Shown piece by piece: positions 30,201-38,375 of a stretch of DNA of 55,871 nt. Below the pieces are notes generated by a model. It worked only from the letters and a program-made list of their open reading frames with translations. It was not told the origin of the DNA and made no database searches. Origin of the DNA: Clostridia bacterium. Lineage in GTDB: Bacteria; Bacillota; Clostridia; UMGS1883. A program made the position numbers and the translations under genes. The first letter of the stretch is position 1, and every line of letters begins with the position of its first letter. The stretch spans positions 1 through 55,871 of the forward strand of contig JAFQLL010000051.1 in NCBI GenBank assembly GCA_017414645.1. Direction: 5' to 3'.

Positions 30201-31423
30201 CGTTCTTCGTGAGAAAGGTTGTATTCGCCGCCTTCATTGTAACGAAGAAGTGCTCTGCCAAGGTATGCGTTGATGTGAACAAGTTCAAGGCCGTGTTCGG
30301 GGTGAACCACTGCCATAGCATCGTTGAGCTTTCCAACAGCGCTGTCGATGAGGTCTTCTGTTGCAACAAAACCGAGTTCATCTGCTACATATTCTTCAGC
30401 TTCTTCGATCTTATCCATCTTGTCCTCGAGCATGTACTTTGCAAGGTTGCTCATTGTATCGTATATAGCTTTTGCTGCAGCTTCGTTGTTGCCGCCGAGG
30501 ATAGGTGTTGCATCGCCGATTACAGCTGCAAGAATTTCCTTTTTGTCGAGCTTGAGGAGCTGTCCGCGAGCACCGGGAACAAGTTCATCAATGATGTATC
30601 TTGTAATGTCTTCACCAACAAGAAGGAATGCTGCCTTCATGTCGCGGTCCTTGATTTCGTCAAGAAGACCTGTTGTGTTTTCCTTTGTAAGCTTGAATGT
30701 AGCAAGTCTCATGCCGATGTCGAAAGTATTAACAATACCGTCAACCATGAGTTCCTTAACGTCGTCTACAAGATAGTCATGGATAGAAGCCATGTCGTCA
30801 TCTTCGTCTTCGCCATCGCCGTTAATGTCGTATGCGTTTACATAAGCTGTTGCCTTAGCTGCGCCTGCGCCTTCAAATACAAGGCCGCCGTCAACTAAAC
30901 CTACGAGTTCACCAAAGAACTCTGTAAGGTCTTCGGAGTAATCGCCAAGGCCATTAAGAGCACCGATAGGAGCAGATGCGCTGATTGCTTCGTCGTTAGC
31001 TTCTTCGAAAGCTGTGAAACGATCAAGCCAATCAGTATAGTCTGCATCTGTGTTTGTAATTTCAAGTCTGCCTTCCATGATGTCTCTCATAAGCTTCCAC
31101 TTATAAAGGTCCTTCATGGTTTCTGTACCATAGAACTTAGCAAGATCTGCGTTCTGGCTTTCGTCAAGAAGTTCGTCCACAAATGCCGCTGCAAGAGCTC
31201 TGATTTCGTCTCTCTTTGCATCATAATTGTCCCAGGACTCGTTCATGACAGCCATTCTTTCTTCTGTCATGGCATCAAGCTGGTTAGCCTGCCATTCCCA
31301 AATTCTGTCCTTGTAGAGCTCAAGAAGCTTGCCGATGTCGGACTGTTCAGCAGCATAACCAAAGGTTACCATGCTGAGACACATCGCAAGAACAAGCACT
31401 AAGCTCAAAATGCGTTTTTTCAT
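27269..31423 (-). CDS. Large acidic SLH-domain surface (S-layer-like) protein with internal Ig-like repeats
   Basis: Signal peptide; duplicated beta-rich modules; three C-terminal SLH motifs (ITRAE, ITREQ, TTRAE); strong codon bias. Confidence 0.88.
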   Translation of the reverse strand: MKKRILSLVLVLAMCLSMVTFGYAAEQSDIGKLLELYKDRIWEWQANQLDAMTEERMAVMNESWDNYDAKRDEIRALAAAFVDELLDESQNADLAKFYGTETMKDLYKWKLMRDIMEGRLEITNTDADYTDWLDRFTAFEEANDEAISASAPIGALNGLGDYSEDLTEFFGELVGLVDGGLVFEGAGAAKATAYVNAYDINGDGEDEDDDMASIHDYLVDDVKELMVDGIVNTFDIGMRLATFKLTKENTTGLLDEIKDRDMKAAFLLVGEDITRYIIDELVPGARGQLLKLDKKEILAAVIGDATPILGGNNEAAAKAIYDTMSNLAKYMLEDKMDKIEEAEEYVADELGFVATEDLIDSAVGKLNDAMAVVHPEHGLELVHINAYLGRALLRYNEGGEYNLSHEERGPVLEGAEINGNEVAELGLGFAHNLYPVFSSVSEYGIASFDANYDADGIKVYAGDDIGQIMIEVTEGTEGEATVTVYRGYTDYDQDGVQDGDPEDVYRYVTTFTVTATSAETTVNVDKQPTVDDPTVDVSGETPLDEVKVTVKDEEGNEVEVTIKDKDGNELDPDAVSKEDFEDGIVIILPDGVVAGDQFTVEVKDPADDSVLDDADVTVGEDVENPYVILDDVLDTTVDGTIEIKGTTNLDYVTVAIIKNGETIYAVVYEKAEFEAGITLNAPDNAQEGEVYTVVVGTEKASDSDEFAIEGADETYEVVLEDVLDTTADGTITIKGTTTNLDYVTVAIVKNGETIYAVVYSKAEFEAGITLNAPDNAQEGDVYTVVVGTEKASDSDEFTIIAEGETTVNVDKQPTTADPTIEVSGETSLDEVKVTVKDENGNEVQVTIKDKDGNELDPDAVSKEDFEDGIVIVLPDGVEGGDQFTVEVKDPADDSVLDDADVTVVESPYINLEDIEDFKLSDNENAEITIKGTTNLDFVVVTVTLGTDNVYAVTHTKAEYEAGVTIALDNAQVGNVYTVAVGQTGTEAEDTFEILPETAVAPSGTLSVGKTTRSMKVGKTIEITATPQNIQPEGATVEIVWTTEDGTVLEITNVATAANDASIATITRLAKGTKTITATLLVNGVEVDSKVIKVKVPTGGGGSDPAVNITVKVDETKDVVKVPAGGTDVEFTGTGDGEVKVEIVDGVVTVTGVKEGEVKGTIKVTNEKGNVVLTGDYIFTVTEGDTVVKEHECEWPDIAVGWEGKTEAHWAHLTIDAMTINGYIKGYPDGLFKPDQNITRAEFTAIVYRILGLEIAEDGVLYDDTVGHWAQDIIATMSLPEGYGMTRGYGDGNFGPNDFITREQAVAIIARAKSAVWKEAEEGAKDIFTDAEDISWWFDGEMDAAVTNGLITGYQDGSYKPLGFTTRAEACTLLARAWPEVLELD
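28715..29869. repeat. Intragenic module duplications (X-Y-Y-X)
   Basis: ~300-bp X at 29570-29869 and 28715-29014; ~245-bp Y at about 29305-29545 and 29032-29275; near-identical at DNA level. Confidence 0.85.
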
Positions 31424-31657
31424 TAACTGCACCTTCCTTTATTTAAACTAAAATTAAATACTTACTTGCGCATTTATCGACACTACCCGATAATACACAG
31501 TAACATTGTATCACAACATATTTCCCATTTCAAGTATTTTTATTTATTTTTTTTAACTTTTCTTAGGGGATTTATGATATTTTTTTACATTACATATTGT
31601 TTTTTTGGGTTTATTTTATTATAATGTATTTCATATATTCCCGAAAGGTATGATTTT

Positions 31658-32833
31658 ATGAACATTCTCAGAACACCTGCAGGTGTAAGCGACATTTTTG
31701 GCAAGGACTGCCTTTTAAAGGCGCACACCACCGACGCAATAAAAAAAGTTTGTACAGCCTTCGGCTACAATGAAATACAGACCCCTACCTTTGAATATCT
31801 TGAGGTTTTCGGTGACGACATGTCGATTCCTACTGATGAGGCAATAAAACTTATTGACCCAAGTGGCAAAATACTGGCTCTCCGCCCCGACTTTACAACC
31901 TCAATTTCGCGTGCAGTGGCCTCGCATCTTTCCGAGGAGCCCCTTCCTTTAAGACTGTGGTATTCGGGCAACGTTTTCCGCAGCGGCGAAGCTTACAAAA
32001 GTGCAAAAAAGAGAGAGTTTGCTCAGGCAGGCGTTGAAATAATAGGCGTAAACACCCCCGAGGCAGATGCCGAGGTAATAGCCCTTACAACAGCCGCCCT
32101 TAAGGAGGCAGGGTTAGAGGACTTCCAGATAGAGCTTTCCCATTCCGATTTTATACAGGGTATTATTGGTGATTGCAATCTTTCCGCATCCGATGCCGAA
32201 ACGCTCCGCTCACTTATTGACAAAAAATTTGCCATCGGAATTGAAGAATTTTGCAACAGCCACCATATCACAGGCATTAACCGCGAAATTTTAACCGAGA
32301 TCTCTCTTTTCTTCGGCGACGGCGAAGAGGTTTTGTCAAAGTATAAGGCATGTAATCTTAACAGTGTTTCACAAAACGCAGTGCAGGACTTGTGCAAGGT
32401 TTATGAAATTCTGAAAGACTACGGGCTTGAAAAATACATAACCGTCGACCTTGGTCAGGTAAGAAGCTTCAAGTACTACACAGGCGTTATTTTCCGTGCC
32501 CTTACAACAGCCTCCGCCTTCCCCATTTGCGGTGGCGGTCGTTATAACACCTTAGGCAGGCGCTTCGACCTCGACCTTCCCGCAACAGGTGTGGCATTCT
32601 GGGTTGATCGCCTTGCTGATGCAATTTTGCGTGCTAACGGTGACCTCGGCTTAACCCCTTGTGCCGATGCAATTGTTTTTGTCTCTCGGGGGAATCGCAA
32701 GGAGGCATACAATCTTGCCCAGTCACTTCGCGCAGAGGGTAAAAAGGTTATTTTGGACGTTACCTCACCGGACGAGGAAACCGCGAAGAAAATTGCCAAG
32801 GACAAAAACATTAAAAACATTTACTTTATATAG
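31658..32833 (+). CDS. hisZ: ATP phosphoribosyltransferase regulatory subunit
   Basis: LRPDFTTSISR, REFAQAGVE, YYTGVIF, GGGRY; adjacent to short hisG. Confidence 0.92.
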   Translation: MNILRTPAGVSDIFGKDCLLKAHTTDAIKKVCTAFGYNEIQTPTFEYLEVFGDDMSIPTDEAIKLIDPSGKILALRPDFTTSISRAVASHLSEEPLPLRLWYSGNVFRSGEAYKSAKKREFAQAGVEIIGVNTPEADAEVIALTTAALKEAGLEDFQIELSHSDFIQGIIGDCNLSASDAETLRSLIDKKFAIGIEEFCNSHHITGINREILTEISLFFGDGEEVLSKYKACNLNSVSQNAVQDLCKVYEILKDYGLEKYITVDLGQVRSFKYYTGVIFRALTTASAFPICGGGRYNTLGRRFDLDLPATGVAFWVDRLADAILRANGDLGLTPCADAIVFVSRGNRKEAYNLAQSLRAEGKKVILDVTSPDEETAKKIAKDKNIKNIYFI

Positions 32834-32847
32834 GAAGAGGCAGCACT

Positions 32848-33486
32848 ATGAAATATCTTACAATCGCCCTGGCAAAGGGTCGCCTTGCAGAGCTCAGTGT
32901 TAAAATTCTTATGGATTTGGGCTACAACTCAGGCGAGGTACTTGAAAAAACAAGAAAGCTCATTTTTACAGATGAAGAGCACAAGCTTAAATTTATACTT
33001 GTAAAGGCAAGCGACGTTGCAACCTATGTTGAATACGGCGCAGCCGATATAGGCATTGTAGGCCGTGACACCATTTTAGAGGAAGGCAGAAACGTTTACG
33101 AAATGGTCGACTTAAAGTTCGGCAAGTGCAGAATGTGTGTATGCGGCCCCAAGGAATTAAAGGGCAGGCTCGGCGAGCATTCCCCCTTAAGGGTTGCATC
33201 AAAATATACAAATATCGCAAAGGACTACTTCGATTCAAAGGACATGTCAATTGAGCTGATAAAGCTCAATGGCTCTGTGGAGCTTGCACCCCTCACAAAT
33301 CTTTCCGACGTTATTGTGGATATTGTTGAAACAGGCAAAACCCTCTACGAAAACGGACTTGACGTATTGGAGGAAATTTGTCCCTTGTCGGCACGAATTA
33401 TTGTTAACCGTGTAAGCGCAAAAATCGAACGCGAACGCATAAGCAAAATTGTAAGCGAAATGAAAGAGAAGGTAAACGAGCAATGA
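32848..33486 (+). CDS. hisG: ATP phosphoribosyltransferase (short form)
   Basis: IALAKGRL, ADIGIVG, GSVELAP, IVDIVETGKTL. Confidence 0.96.
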   Translation: MKYLTIALAKGRLAELSVKILMDLGYNSGEVLEKTRKLIFTDEEHKLKFILVKASDVATYVEYGAADIGIVGRDTILEEGRNVYEMVDLKFGKCRMCVCGPKELKGRLGEHSPLRVASKYTNIAKDYFDSKDMSIELIKLNGSVELAPLTNLSDVIVDIVETGKTLYENGLDVLEEICPLSARIIVNRVSAKIERERISKIVSEMKEKVNEQ

Positions 33487-34079
33487 TAGCTATAATTGAC
33501 TACGGTGCAGGCAACCTTAAAAACGTGGCAAAAGCCTTCGACTTTCTCGGCATTGAAAACATTGTCACTTCTGATGCTTCGGTTATAAGAAATGCCGATA
33601 AAATTGTTCTTCCGGGTGTTGGTGCATTCGGCGAAGGCATGGCAAACCTTACCCGGGCAGGGCTCTGTAATGTAATTAAAGAAGAAGCTCAGTCCGGCAA
33701 GCCTCTCATGGGCATATGCCTGGGCATGCAGATGCTTTTCGACGAAAGCGAAGAGTCGCCCGGTGTAAAAGGTCTTGGAATACTTAAGGGCAAAATTCGC
33801 AGGCTTCCCAAACTTGGCGATCTGAAAATTCCCCACATGGGCTGGAACGACCTTAAGTGTGAAGGCAAGCTTTTCGAAGGGCTCAACAAGCCTTTTGTCT
33901 ACTTCGTTCATTCCTATTATCTCGACGCAGAGGACAAAAGCATAGTTTCAGCTACAACCCATTACGGAATTGATATTGAGGTTGCTGTTGAGTCGAAAAA
34001 TGTGTTTGCAACACAGTTCCACCCCGAAAAGAGTGGCGAAGAAGGCCTTCGAATGCTTTCCAATTTCGCAAAATTATAA
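33483..34079 (+). CDS. hisH: Imidazole glycerol phosphate synthase glutaminase subunit
   Basis: IIDYGAGNL, GICLGMQ, QFHPEKS. Confidence 0.96.
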   Translation: MIAIIDYGAGNLKNVAKAFDFLGIENIVTSDASVIRNADKIVLPGVGAFGEGMANLTRAGLCNVIKEEAQSGKPLMGICLGMQMLFDESEESPGVKGLGILKGKIRRLPKLGDLKIPHMGWNDLKCEGKLFEGLNKPFVYFVHSYYLDAEDKSIVSATTHYGIDIEVAVESKNVFATQFHPEKSGEEGLRMLSNFAKL

Positions 34080-34087
34080 GGCAAAAA

Positions 34088-34226
34088 AACGGTGACCATC
34101 AAGACGCCTGAAACCCATGTTCGTATAGTACGGGGACGTTCCCGACCCACAGTCAACCTACCCAGTCGGATTTCCTCGTAAAAATAAAAAATGAATGAGC
34201 GGGTGTGTCCCCGCTCCTTAAGGAGA
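34088..34226 (+). promoter_or_regulatory. Candidate structured cis-regulatory leader (or REP-doublet) upstream of hisF
   Basis: Mutually exclusive helices CGGGGACGT/GTGTCCCCG versus GAGCGGG/CCCGCTC, and CTCC/GGAG over the RBS. Confidence 0.45.
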
Positions 34227-34232
34227 AAACTT

Positions 34233-34991
34233 ATGTACGCAAAACGAATAATCCCTTGCCTTGACGTTAAGGACGGCAGAGTTGTAAAGGGAGTAAATTT
34301 TGTAAACTTAATAGATGCAGGCGACCCCGTTGAGGCGGCAATCGCCTACGACAAGCAAGGCGCTGACGAGCTTGTGTTTTTAGACATTACCGCCACAAGC
34401 GATAACCGCGACACAGTTGAAGACATGGTAAAAAGGGTTGCAGAAAACGTGTTCATCCCCTTTACTGTTGGCGGTGGCATAAAAACCGTGGAGGATTTCA
34501 GAAAGCTGCTTTTAGCAGGCGCTGACAAAATTTCGGTTAACTCCTCTGCAATAAAACGCCCTGAGCTCATAAGCGAGGCTGCGGAAAAATTCGGCAGTCA
34601 GTGCGTGGTTGTTGCGATTGATGCAAAAAGGCGCGAGGATAAATCAGGTTGGGATGTTTACGTGGCAGGCGGAAGGATAAATACTCACCTTGATGCATTG
34701 GAGTGGGCTAAGAAAGCCGAAAGCTTAGGTGCAGGTGAAATTCTTTTAACAAGCATGGACTGTGACGGCACAAAGGCAGGCTATGACCTGGAATTGACAC
34801 GAACAATTTCTGAAAGCGTTTCCATTCCCGTAATTGCCTCCGGCGGCGCCGGCAGCATGGAGCATTTTTACGACGCTTTCTGCGATGGCAAGGCTGATGC
34901 CGTGCTTGCAGCAAGCCTTTTCCACTTTGGCGAAATAGCCATTAAGGATTTAAAGAGTTATTTGTCAGGTAAAGGTATCAGTGTACGATAA
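34233..34991 (+). CDS. hisF: Imidazole glycerol phosphate synthase cyclase subunit
   Basis: [33 protein letters not shown]; start at ATG 34233 after AAGGAG. Confidence 0.97.
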   Translation: MYAKRIIPCLDVKDGRVVKGVNFVNLIDAGDPVEAAIAYDKQGADELVFLDITATSDNRDTVEDMVKRVAENVFIPFTVGGGIKTVEDFRKLLLAGADKISVNSSAIKRPELISEAAEKFGSQCVVVAIDAKRREDKSGWDVYVAGGRINTHLDALEWAKKAESLGAGEILLTSMDCDGTKAGYDLELTRTISESVSIPVIASGGAGSMEHFYDAFCDGKADAVLAASLFHFGEIAIKDLKSYLSGKGISVR

Positions 34992-34996
34992 AGTTC

Positions 34997-35056
34997 TTTA
35001 CAATTGCCTTTTTTCATGGTAAAATGTAGGCTGAAAAGCGGTATGCTTTTCAGCCT
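34997..35056 (+). promoter_or_regulatory. Extended -10 sigma-A promoter with a 12-bp inverted repeat over the predicted start site
   Basis: TTTACA-17 bp-TAAAAT with TGn; aggctgaaaagc-ggtat-gcttttcagcct at 35028-35056. Confidence 0.55.
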
Positions 35057-35101
35057 TTGTTTTTAATTTTAAGTTTACTATAAAATGAGGAGGAAATTTA
35101 C

Positions 35102-36658
35102 ATGAACAGAATTTTTGTAAATGAGCCCGAACGTGATTTTTCCATTCCCGCAGTAAAGGAAAACATGGAAAAGGCAATTGCTGCAGTTGAGCTCGAACTC
35201 GGTCGCGACTACCCCTTAGTTATCGGTGGCGAAAAGATTTTCACAGAAAAGAAAACAACATCCATTAACCCCTGTAAGAAGGACCAGGTTATAGGCTACG
35301 CATCCAATGCATCGAAGGAATTGGCCGACAAAGCTATCCGTGTTGCATACGACACCTACGAAGAATGGAGACTTGTTCCCACTCGTGTAAAGTATGACTA
35401 TATTATGCGCCTTATCGGCATTTTACAAAAGCGCAGATACGAAATCGCAGCCTGGATGATTCTTGAAACAGGCAAGAACTTTGGCGAAGCTGACGGCGAA
35501 ATCTGCGAAGCTATCGACTTCTTCAACGCTTACGCGCAGGGCGCTGTATATCTTGAAGAGCATCCCGTTCCCCTGGTTGAATCAACTGTTGAAAACAACC
35601 GCTCGGAATACCGTCCTATTGGCGTTGGCTTGGTAATTCCTCCCTGGAACTTCCCCTTCTCCATCATGGCAGGTATGGTAATCAGTGCAGTTGTTACAGG
35701 TAACACTGTTTGCATTAAGCCTGCAAGCGATGCGCCCATCACAACATGCAAGTTTGTTGAAATGTGCGAAGAAGCAGGTATTCCTGCAGGCGTTGTTAAC
35801 CTTATCCCCGGCTCAGGTAGCGAAATTGGTGACTTTGTAGTTGACCACCCCCTTACACGCTTTATTAACTTCACAGGCAGTAAGGCAGTAGGTCTCCGCA
35901 TTGCAGAAAGAGCAGCAAAGGTTAACGAAGGTCAGAAGTGGATTAAGAGAATTATTGCAGAAATGGGTGGCAAGAACGCAATTGTTGTTGACTCCTCCGC
36001 AGACCTCCGCTGGGCTGCAAAGCAGGCAGCAGCTGCAGCATTTACCTTCCAGGGTCAGAAGTGCTCCGCATGTAGCCGTGCGATTGTTCTTTCCGATGTT
36101 TATGACGAATTCCTTACATATTTCAAGGAAGAAGCTGAAAGCTACCAGCAGGGCGAAGGCAAGGCAAACAAGGACATTTGTGCCGTTATCAACAAGGCAT
36201 CCTTCGATAAGATTGCAGGCATGATTGAACAGGGTAAAACAGAAGGCAGACTTATTACAGGCGGCACATACGACGATTCCGTAGGCTTCTATGTAAAGCC
36301 CACAATTATTGCCGACGTTGACCCCAAAACAAGCGTTATCGCAAACCAGGAAATTTTCGGACCTGTTGTTGCAGTTATGAAGGTTGACACCTTTGAAGAT
36401 GCTATCGACCTTGCAAATGCTACAGAATATGGTCTTACAGGCTCTGTATTCTCCGCAAACCGCGAAAATATCGAATACGCAAAGGACAACTTCTTTGTAG
36501 GCAACCTTTACATTAACCGTAAGTGCACAGGCGCAGTTGTTTACAACCACCCCTTCGGCGGTTACAACATGAGCGGCACAACAGCTAAGACAGGTACAGT
36601 TGACTACCTTTACAACTTTGTACAGCTTAAGTCTATATCCGAAAACGTTGTATATTAA
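35102..36658 (+). CDS. rocA: 1-pyrroline-5-carboxylate dehydrogenase (RocA/PruA type)
   Basis: F.NEP..DFS N-terminus, PPWNFP, FTGS, AEMGGKN, GQKCSACSR, EIFGPV, GNLYINRKCTGA. Confidence 0.88.
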   Translation: MNRIFVNEPERDFSIPAVKENMEKAIAAVELELGRDYPLVIGGEKIFTEKKTTSINPCKKDQVIGYASNASKELADKAIRVAYDTYEEWRLVPTRVKYDYIMRLIGILQKRRYEIAAWMILETGKNFGEADGEICEAIDFFNAYAQGAVYLEEHPVPLVESTVENNRSEYRPIGVGLVIPPWNFPFSIMAGMVISAVVTGNTVCIKPASDAPITTCKFVEMCEEAGIPAGVVNLIPGSGSEIGDFVVDHPLTRFINFTGSKAVGLRIAERAAKVNEGQKWIKRIIAEMGGKNAIVVDSSADLRWAAKQAAAAAFTFQGQKCSACSRAIVLSDVYDEFLTYFKEEAESYQQGEGKANKDICAVINKASFDKIAGMIEQGKTEGRLITGGTYDDSVGFYVKPTIIADVDPKTSVIANQEIFGPVVAVMKVDTFEDAIDLANATEYGLTGSVFSANRENIEYAKDNFFVGNLYINRKCTGAVVYNHPFGGYNMSGTTAKTGTVDYLYNFVQLKSISENVVY

Positions 36659-36779
36659 TAAAAAAGTGTTTTAACACTTCAACCCCCTCGTTCCCCCATT
36701 CTTGGGGGATGAAAAGGTGCACTTTTATTTTACAAGCAAATATGCGCACATTCTGCGCGCAATTTCCTATGTAATAAAA
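36659..36779. repeat. Family B structured repeat, copy B2
   Basis: Near-identical to 16996-17116. Confidence 0.92.
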
Positions 36780-36840
36780 AAGCGGTGTAAAATGCACAGA
36801 CCGCATAAAGGCTGAATTTTCATATCAGAATTATATATGT

Positions 36841-36871
36841 AAGAAGCACTTCAACGAAGTGCTTCTTTTTT
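36841..36871 (+). terminator. Intrinsic terminator
   Basis: aagaagcactt-caacg-aagtgcttctt-tttt. Confidence 0.75.
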
Positions 36872-36877
36872 ATTTAT

Positions 36878-36966
36878 GCCTTTATGCTATCGTCCAAACA
36901 AACCTCTCGGAGTATAGCATACACCTTCGGATTTGTTTGAACAATTCTGCACTATTTTCCCCTCGC
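36878..36966 (+). repeat. Family C hairpin repeat, copy C1
   Basis: Aligns with the reverse complement of 43767-43854 with compensatory changes. Confidence 0.7.
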
Positions 36967-37002
36967 TTTTTTTGCACTCTCCATTCAATCAGCAATTAAA
37001 CT

Positions 37003-37036
37003 AAACGAGGAAATCCGGTTGGATTTCCTCGTTTTT
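37003..37036. terminator. Intrinsic terminator
   Basis: aaacgaggaaatcc-ggtt-ggatttcctcgttt. Confidence 0.75.
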
Positions 37037-37373
37037 ATTTTACAGTATATATCCATTCATGGTTTGTTTTGTGATTATTTTTCCAATCGCCATCAATAGG
37101 GTTTGCCTGATCGATTTTAATTTCATTGTCACTTATCCACTCAATTGCAGCAGGCACAGGGCAGAGCTTATTCCACGAAGAAAGCAACCCCTTTTCTTTC
37201 ACATAGTAGTTACCGCCGTAGCCCCAACCGCCTTTATCTACTATAATTCCAACAACCTGATGCCCTCCGTCAGGCGAATTGATAACCGTCACGTCACATC
37301 TTGAAGCCGCAAAAAGAAGCATCATACATAGCGAAACTAACACCAAAATAATTACAATCCATTTTTCTTTCAT
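37035..37373 (-). CDS. Small membrane-anchored protein, DUF5412-like
   Basis: GGGAGG RBS; N-terminal TM; SPDG...GG...IEW.S...I.I pattern. Confidence 0.6.
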   Translation of the reverse strand: MKEKWIVIILVLVSLCMMLLFAASRCDVTVINSPDGGHQVVGIIVDKGGWGYGGNYYVKEKGLLSSWNKLCPVPAAIEWISDNEIKIDQANPIDGDWKNNHKTNHEWIYTVK

Positions 37374-37395
37374 ATATCCTCCCTATTAATTCAAT

Positions 37396-37496
37396 AACCA
37401 CTCAACGAAAATTTCGTTGAGTGGTTTCCTTAATTCTGCATTTTGCACTCTGCACTCTGCATTTAATAACATTTGCTGCAGCAAATGTTATTAAAT
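37396..37496. repeat. Family E module, copy E2: hairpin, TTTCCTTAA, four heptamers, perfect 36-bp palindrome over the nadE stop
   Basis: aaccactcaacgaaa..tttcgttgagtggtt; tctgcat/tttgcac/tctgcac/tctgcat; atttaataacatttgctg|cagcaaatgttattaaat. Confidence 0.65.
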
Positions 37497-38222
37497 CTCA
37501 GGTTTAAAGCAGGGCATAAATTCAAGCTTGAATTTATTTATTTTATGAAGATGGTCAATCCTTGCCTTCTTTGCTGTATCTTCGATAATGCCTTCGCGGA
37601 TATAATGGTCAAGCTCAGCATAGGTAAAGCCTAAGTTGTCCTCATCGGTTTTACCGCACAAGCCGTCGATGGGTGTTTTTTCAACCAGGTCAGAAGGAAG
37701 CCCCAAAAGATGGCCAATCTCCTTAACCTCGCGTACCGTAAGGAAGGAAAGAGGCGAAAAGTCGCCTGCCGCATCGCCGTAGCGCGTGGAATAGCCAACC
37801 CAGTCCTCAGAAAGGTTACAGGTGTTGCACACTCTACCGTTCAAGCTCTGGCTTACTGCATAAACCACGCTCATTCTTATTCTGGGAGGCAGGTTTGTTT
37901 TCGACTGTACGCTGAGCTCCAGTTCCTCGGGGATTGCACCCAAAACACCGTCTACTGCATCCTTTATATTTATAACATAGCGTTTTATTCCTAAATGGTC
38001 ACAAAGTTTATGTGAGCAGTCAATGTCAAACTGGTCACCCTGAGGCATCAGCACGCCGATAACCCTGTCTTTACCTAAGGCTTCAACACAAAGTGCTGCC
38101 GCAACGGAGGAATCCTTACCGCCTGAAATGCCTAAAACAGCATTGCAGGTAGGGCCGTTTTCTTCAAAAAACTTTCTTATCCACGCTACACATTCATTTT
38201 TAACCTTTAAAGCATCAAACAT
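37491..38222 (-). CDS. nadE: NH3-dependent NAD+ synthetase
   Basis: GISGGKDSS, NLPPRIRM, GYSTRYGD, TDEDNLGFTY. Confidence 0.93.
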   Translation of the reverse strand: MFDALKVKNECVAWIRKFFEENGPTCNAVLGISGGKDSSVAAALCVEALGKDRVIGVLMPQGDQFDIDCSHKLCDHLGIKRYVINIKDAVDGVLGAIPEELELSVQSKTNLPPRIRMSVVYAVSQSLNGRVCNTCNLSEDWVGYSTRYGDAAGDFSPLSFLTVREVKEIGHLLGLPSDLVEKTPIDGLCGKTDEDNLGFTYAELDHYIREGIIEDTAKKARIDHLHKINKFKLEFMPCFKPEI

Positions 38223-38227
38223 GATAA

Positions 38228-38339
38228 TCCACTCCTTATTCTTGTTGCCAAAGGCAACATATCGAGCCATCAGGCATATCGAGTGCTTGCACATATCGAA
38301 AATCTCGCAAGAGAGTTATATCGACTATCTCCACTCCTT
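38228..38339 (-). repeat. Array of four TCGATAT-plus-hairpin units between 10-bp direct repeats in the nadE leader
   Basis: atatcga at 38259, 38276, 38293, 38318; tccactcctt at 38228-38237 and 38330-38339. Confidence 0.8.
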
Positions 38340-38346
38340 TTAGCTT

Positions 38347-38375
38347 ATTTTACCATGTGTGTGCTCATTTTTCAA
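38347..38375 (-). promoter_or_regulatory. sigma-A promoter of nadE
   Basis: Minus strand TTGAAA-17 bp-TAAAAT with TGn. Confidence 0.55.

Noticed and set aside
27623-30898. 1091-aa + strand ORF
   Set aside because: Antisense shadow of the codon-biased SLH gene; Cys/Phe/Val-rich non-protein-like composition and no RBS.
34088-34226. T-box, ZTP riboswitch, His leader peptide, 6S or SRP RNA
   Set aside because: No T-box GGTGG.ACC motif, no ZTP GACTGGCG/GCCTGGGC, no His-codon run and no SRP GGAAGG-AGCAG core on either strand.
38228-38339. CRISPR interpretation of the TCGATAT array or of the A1-A2 tandem
   Set aside because: Repeats of 7 bp or 170 bp and spacers of 10-18 bp are outside CRISPR ranges; no cas genes present.
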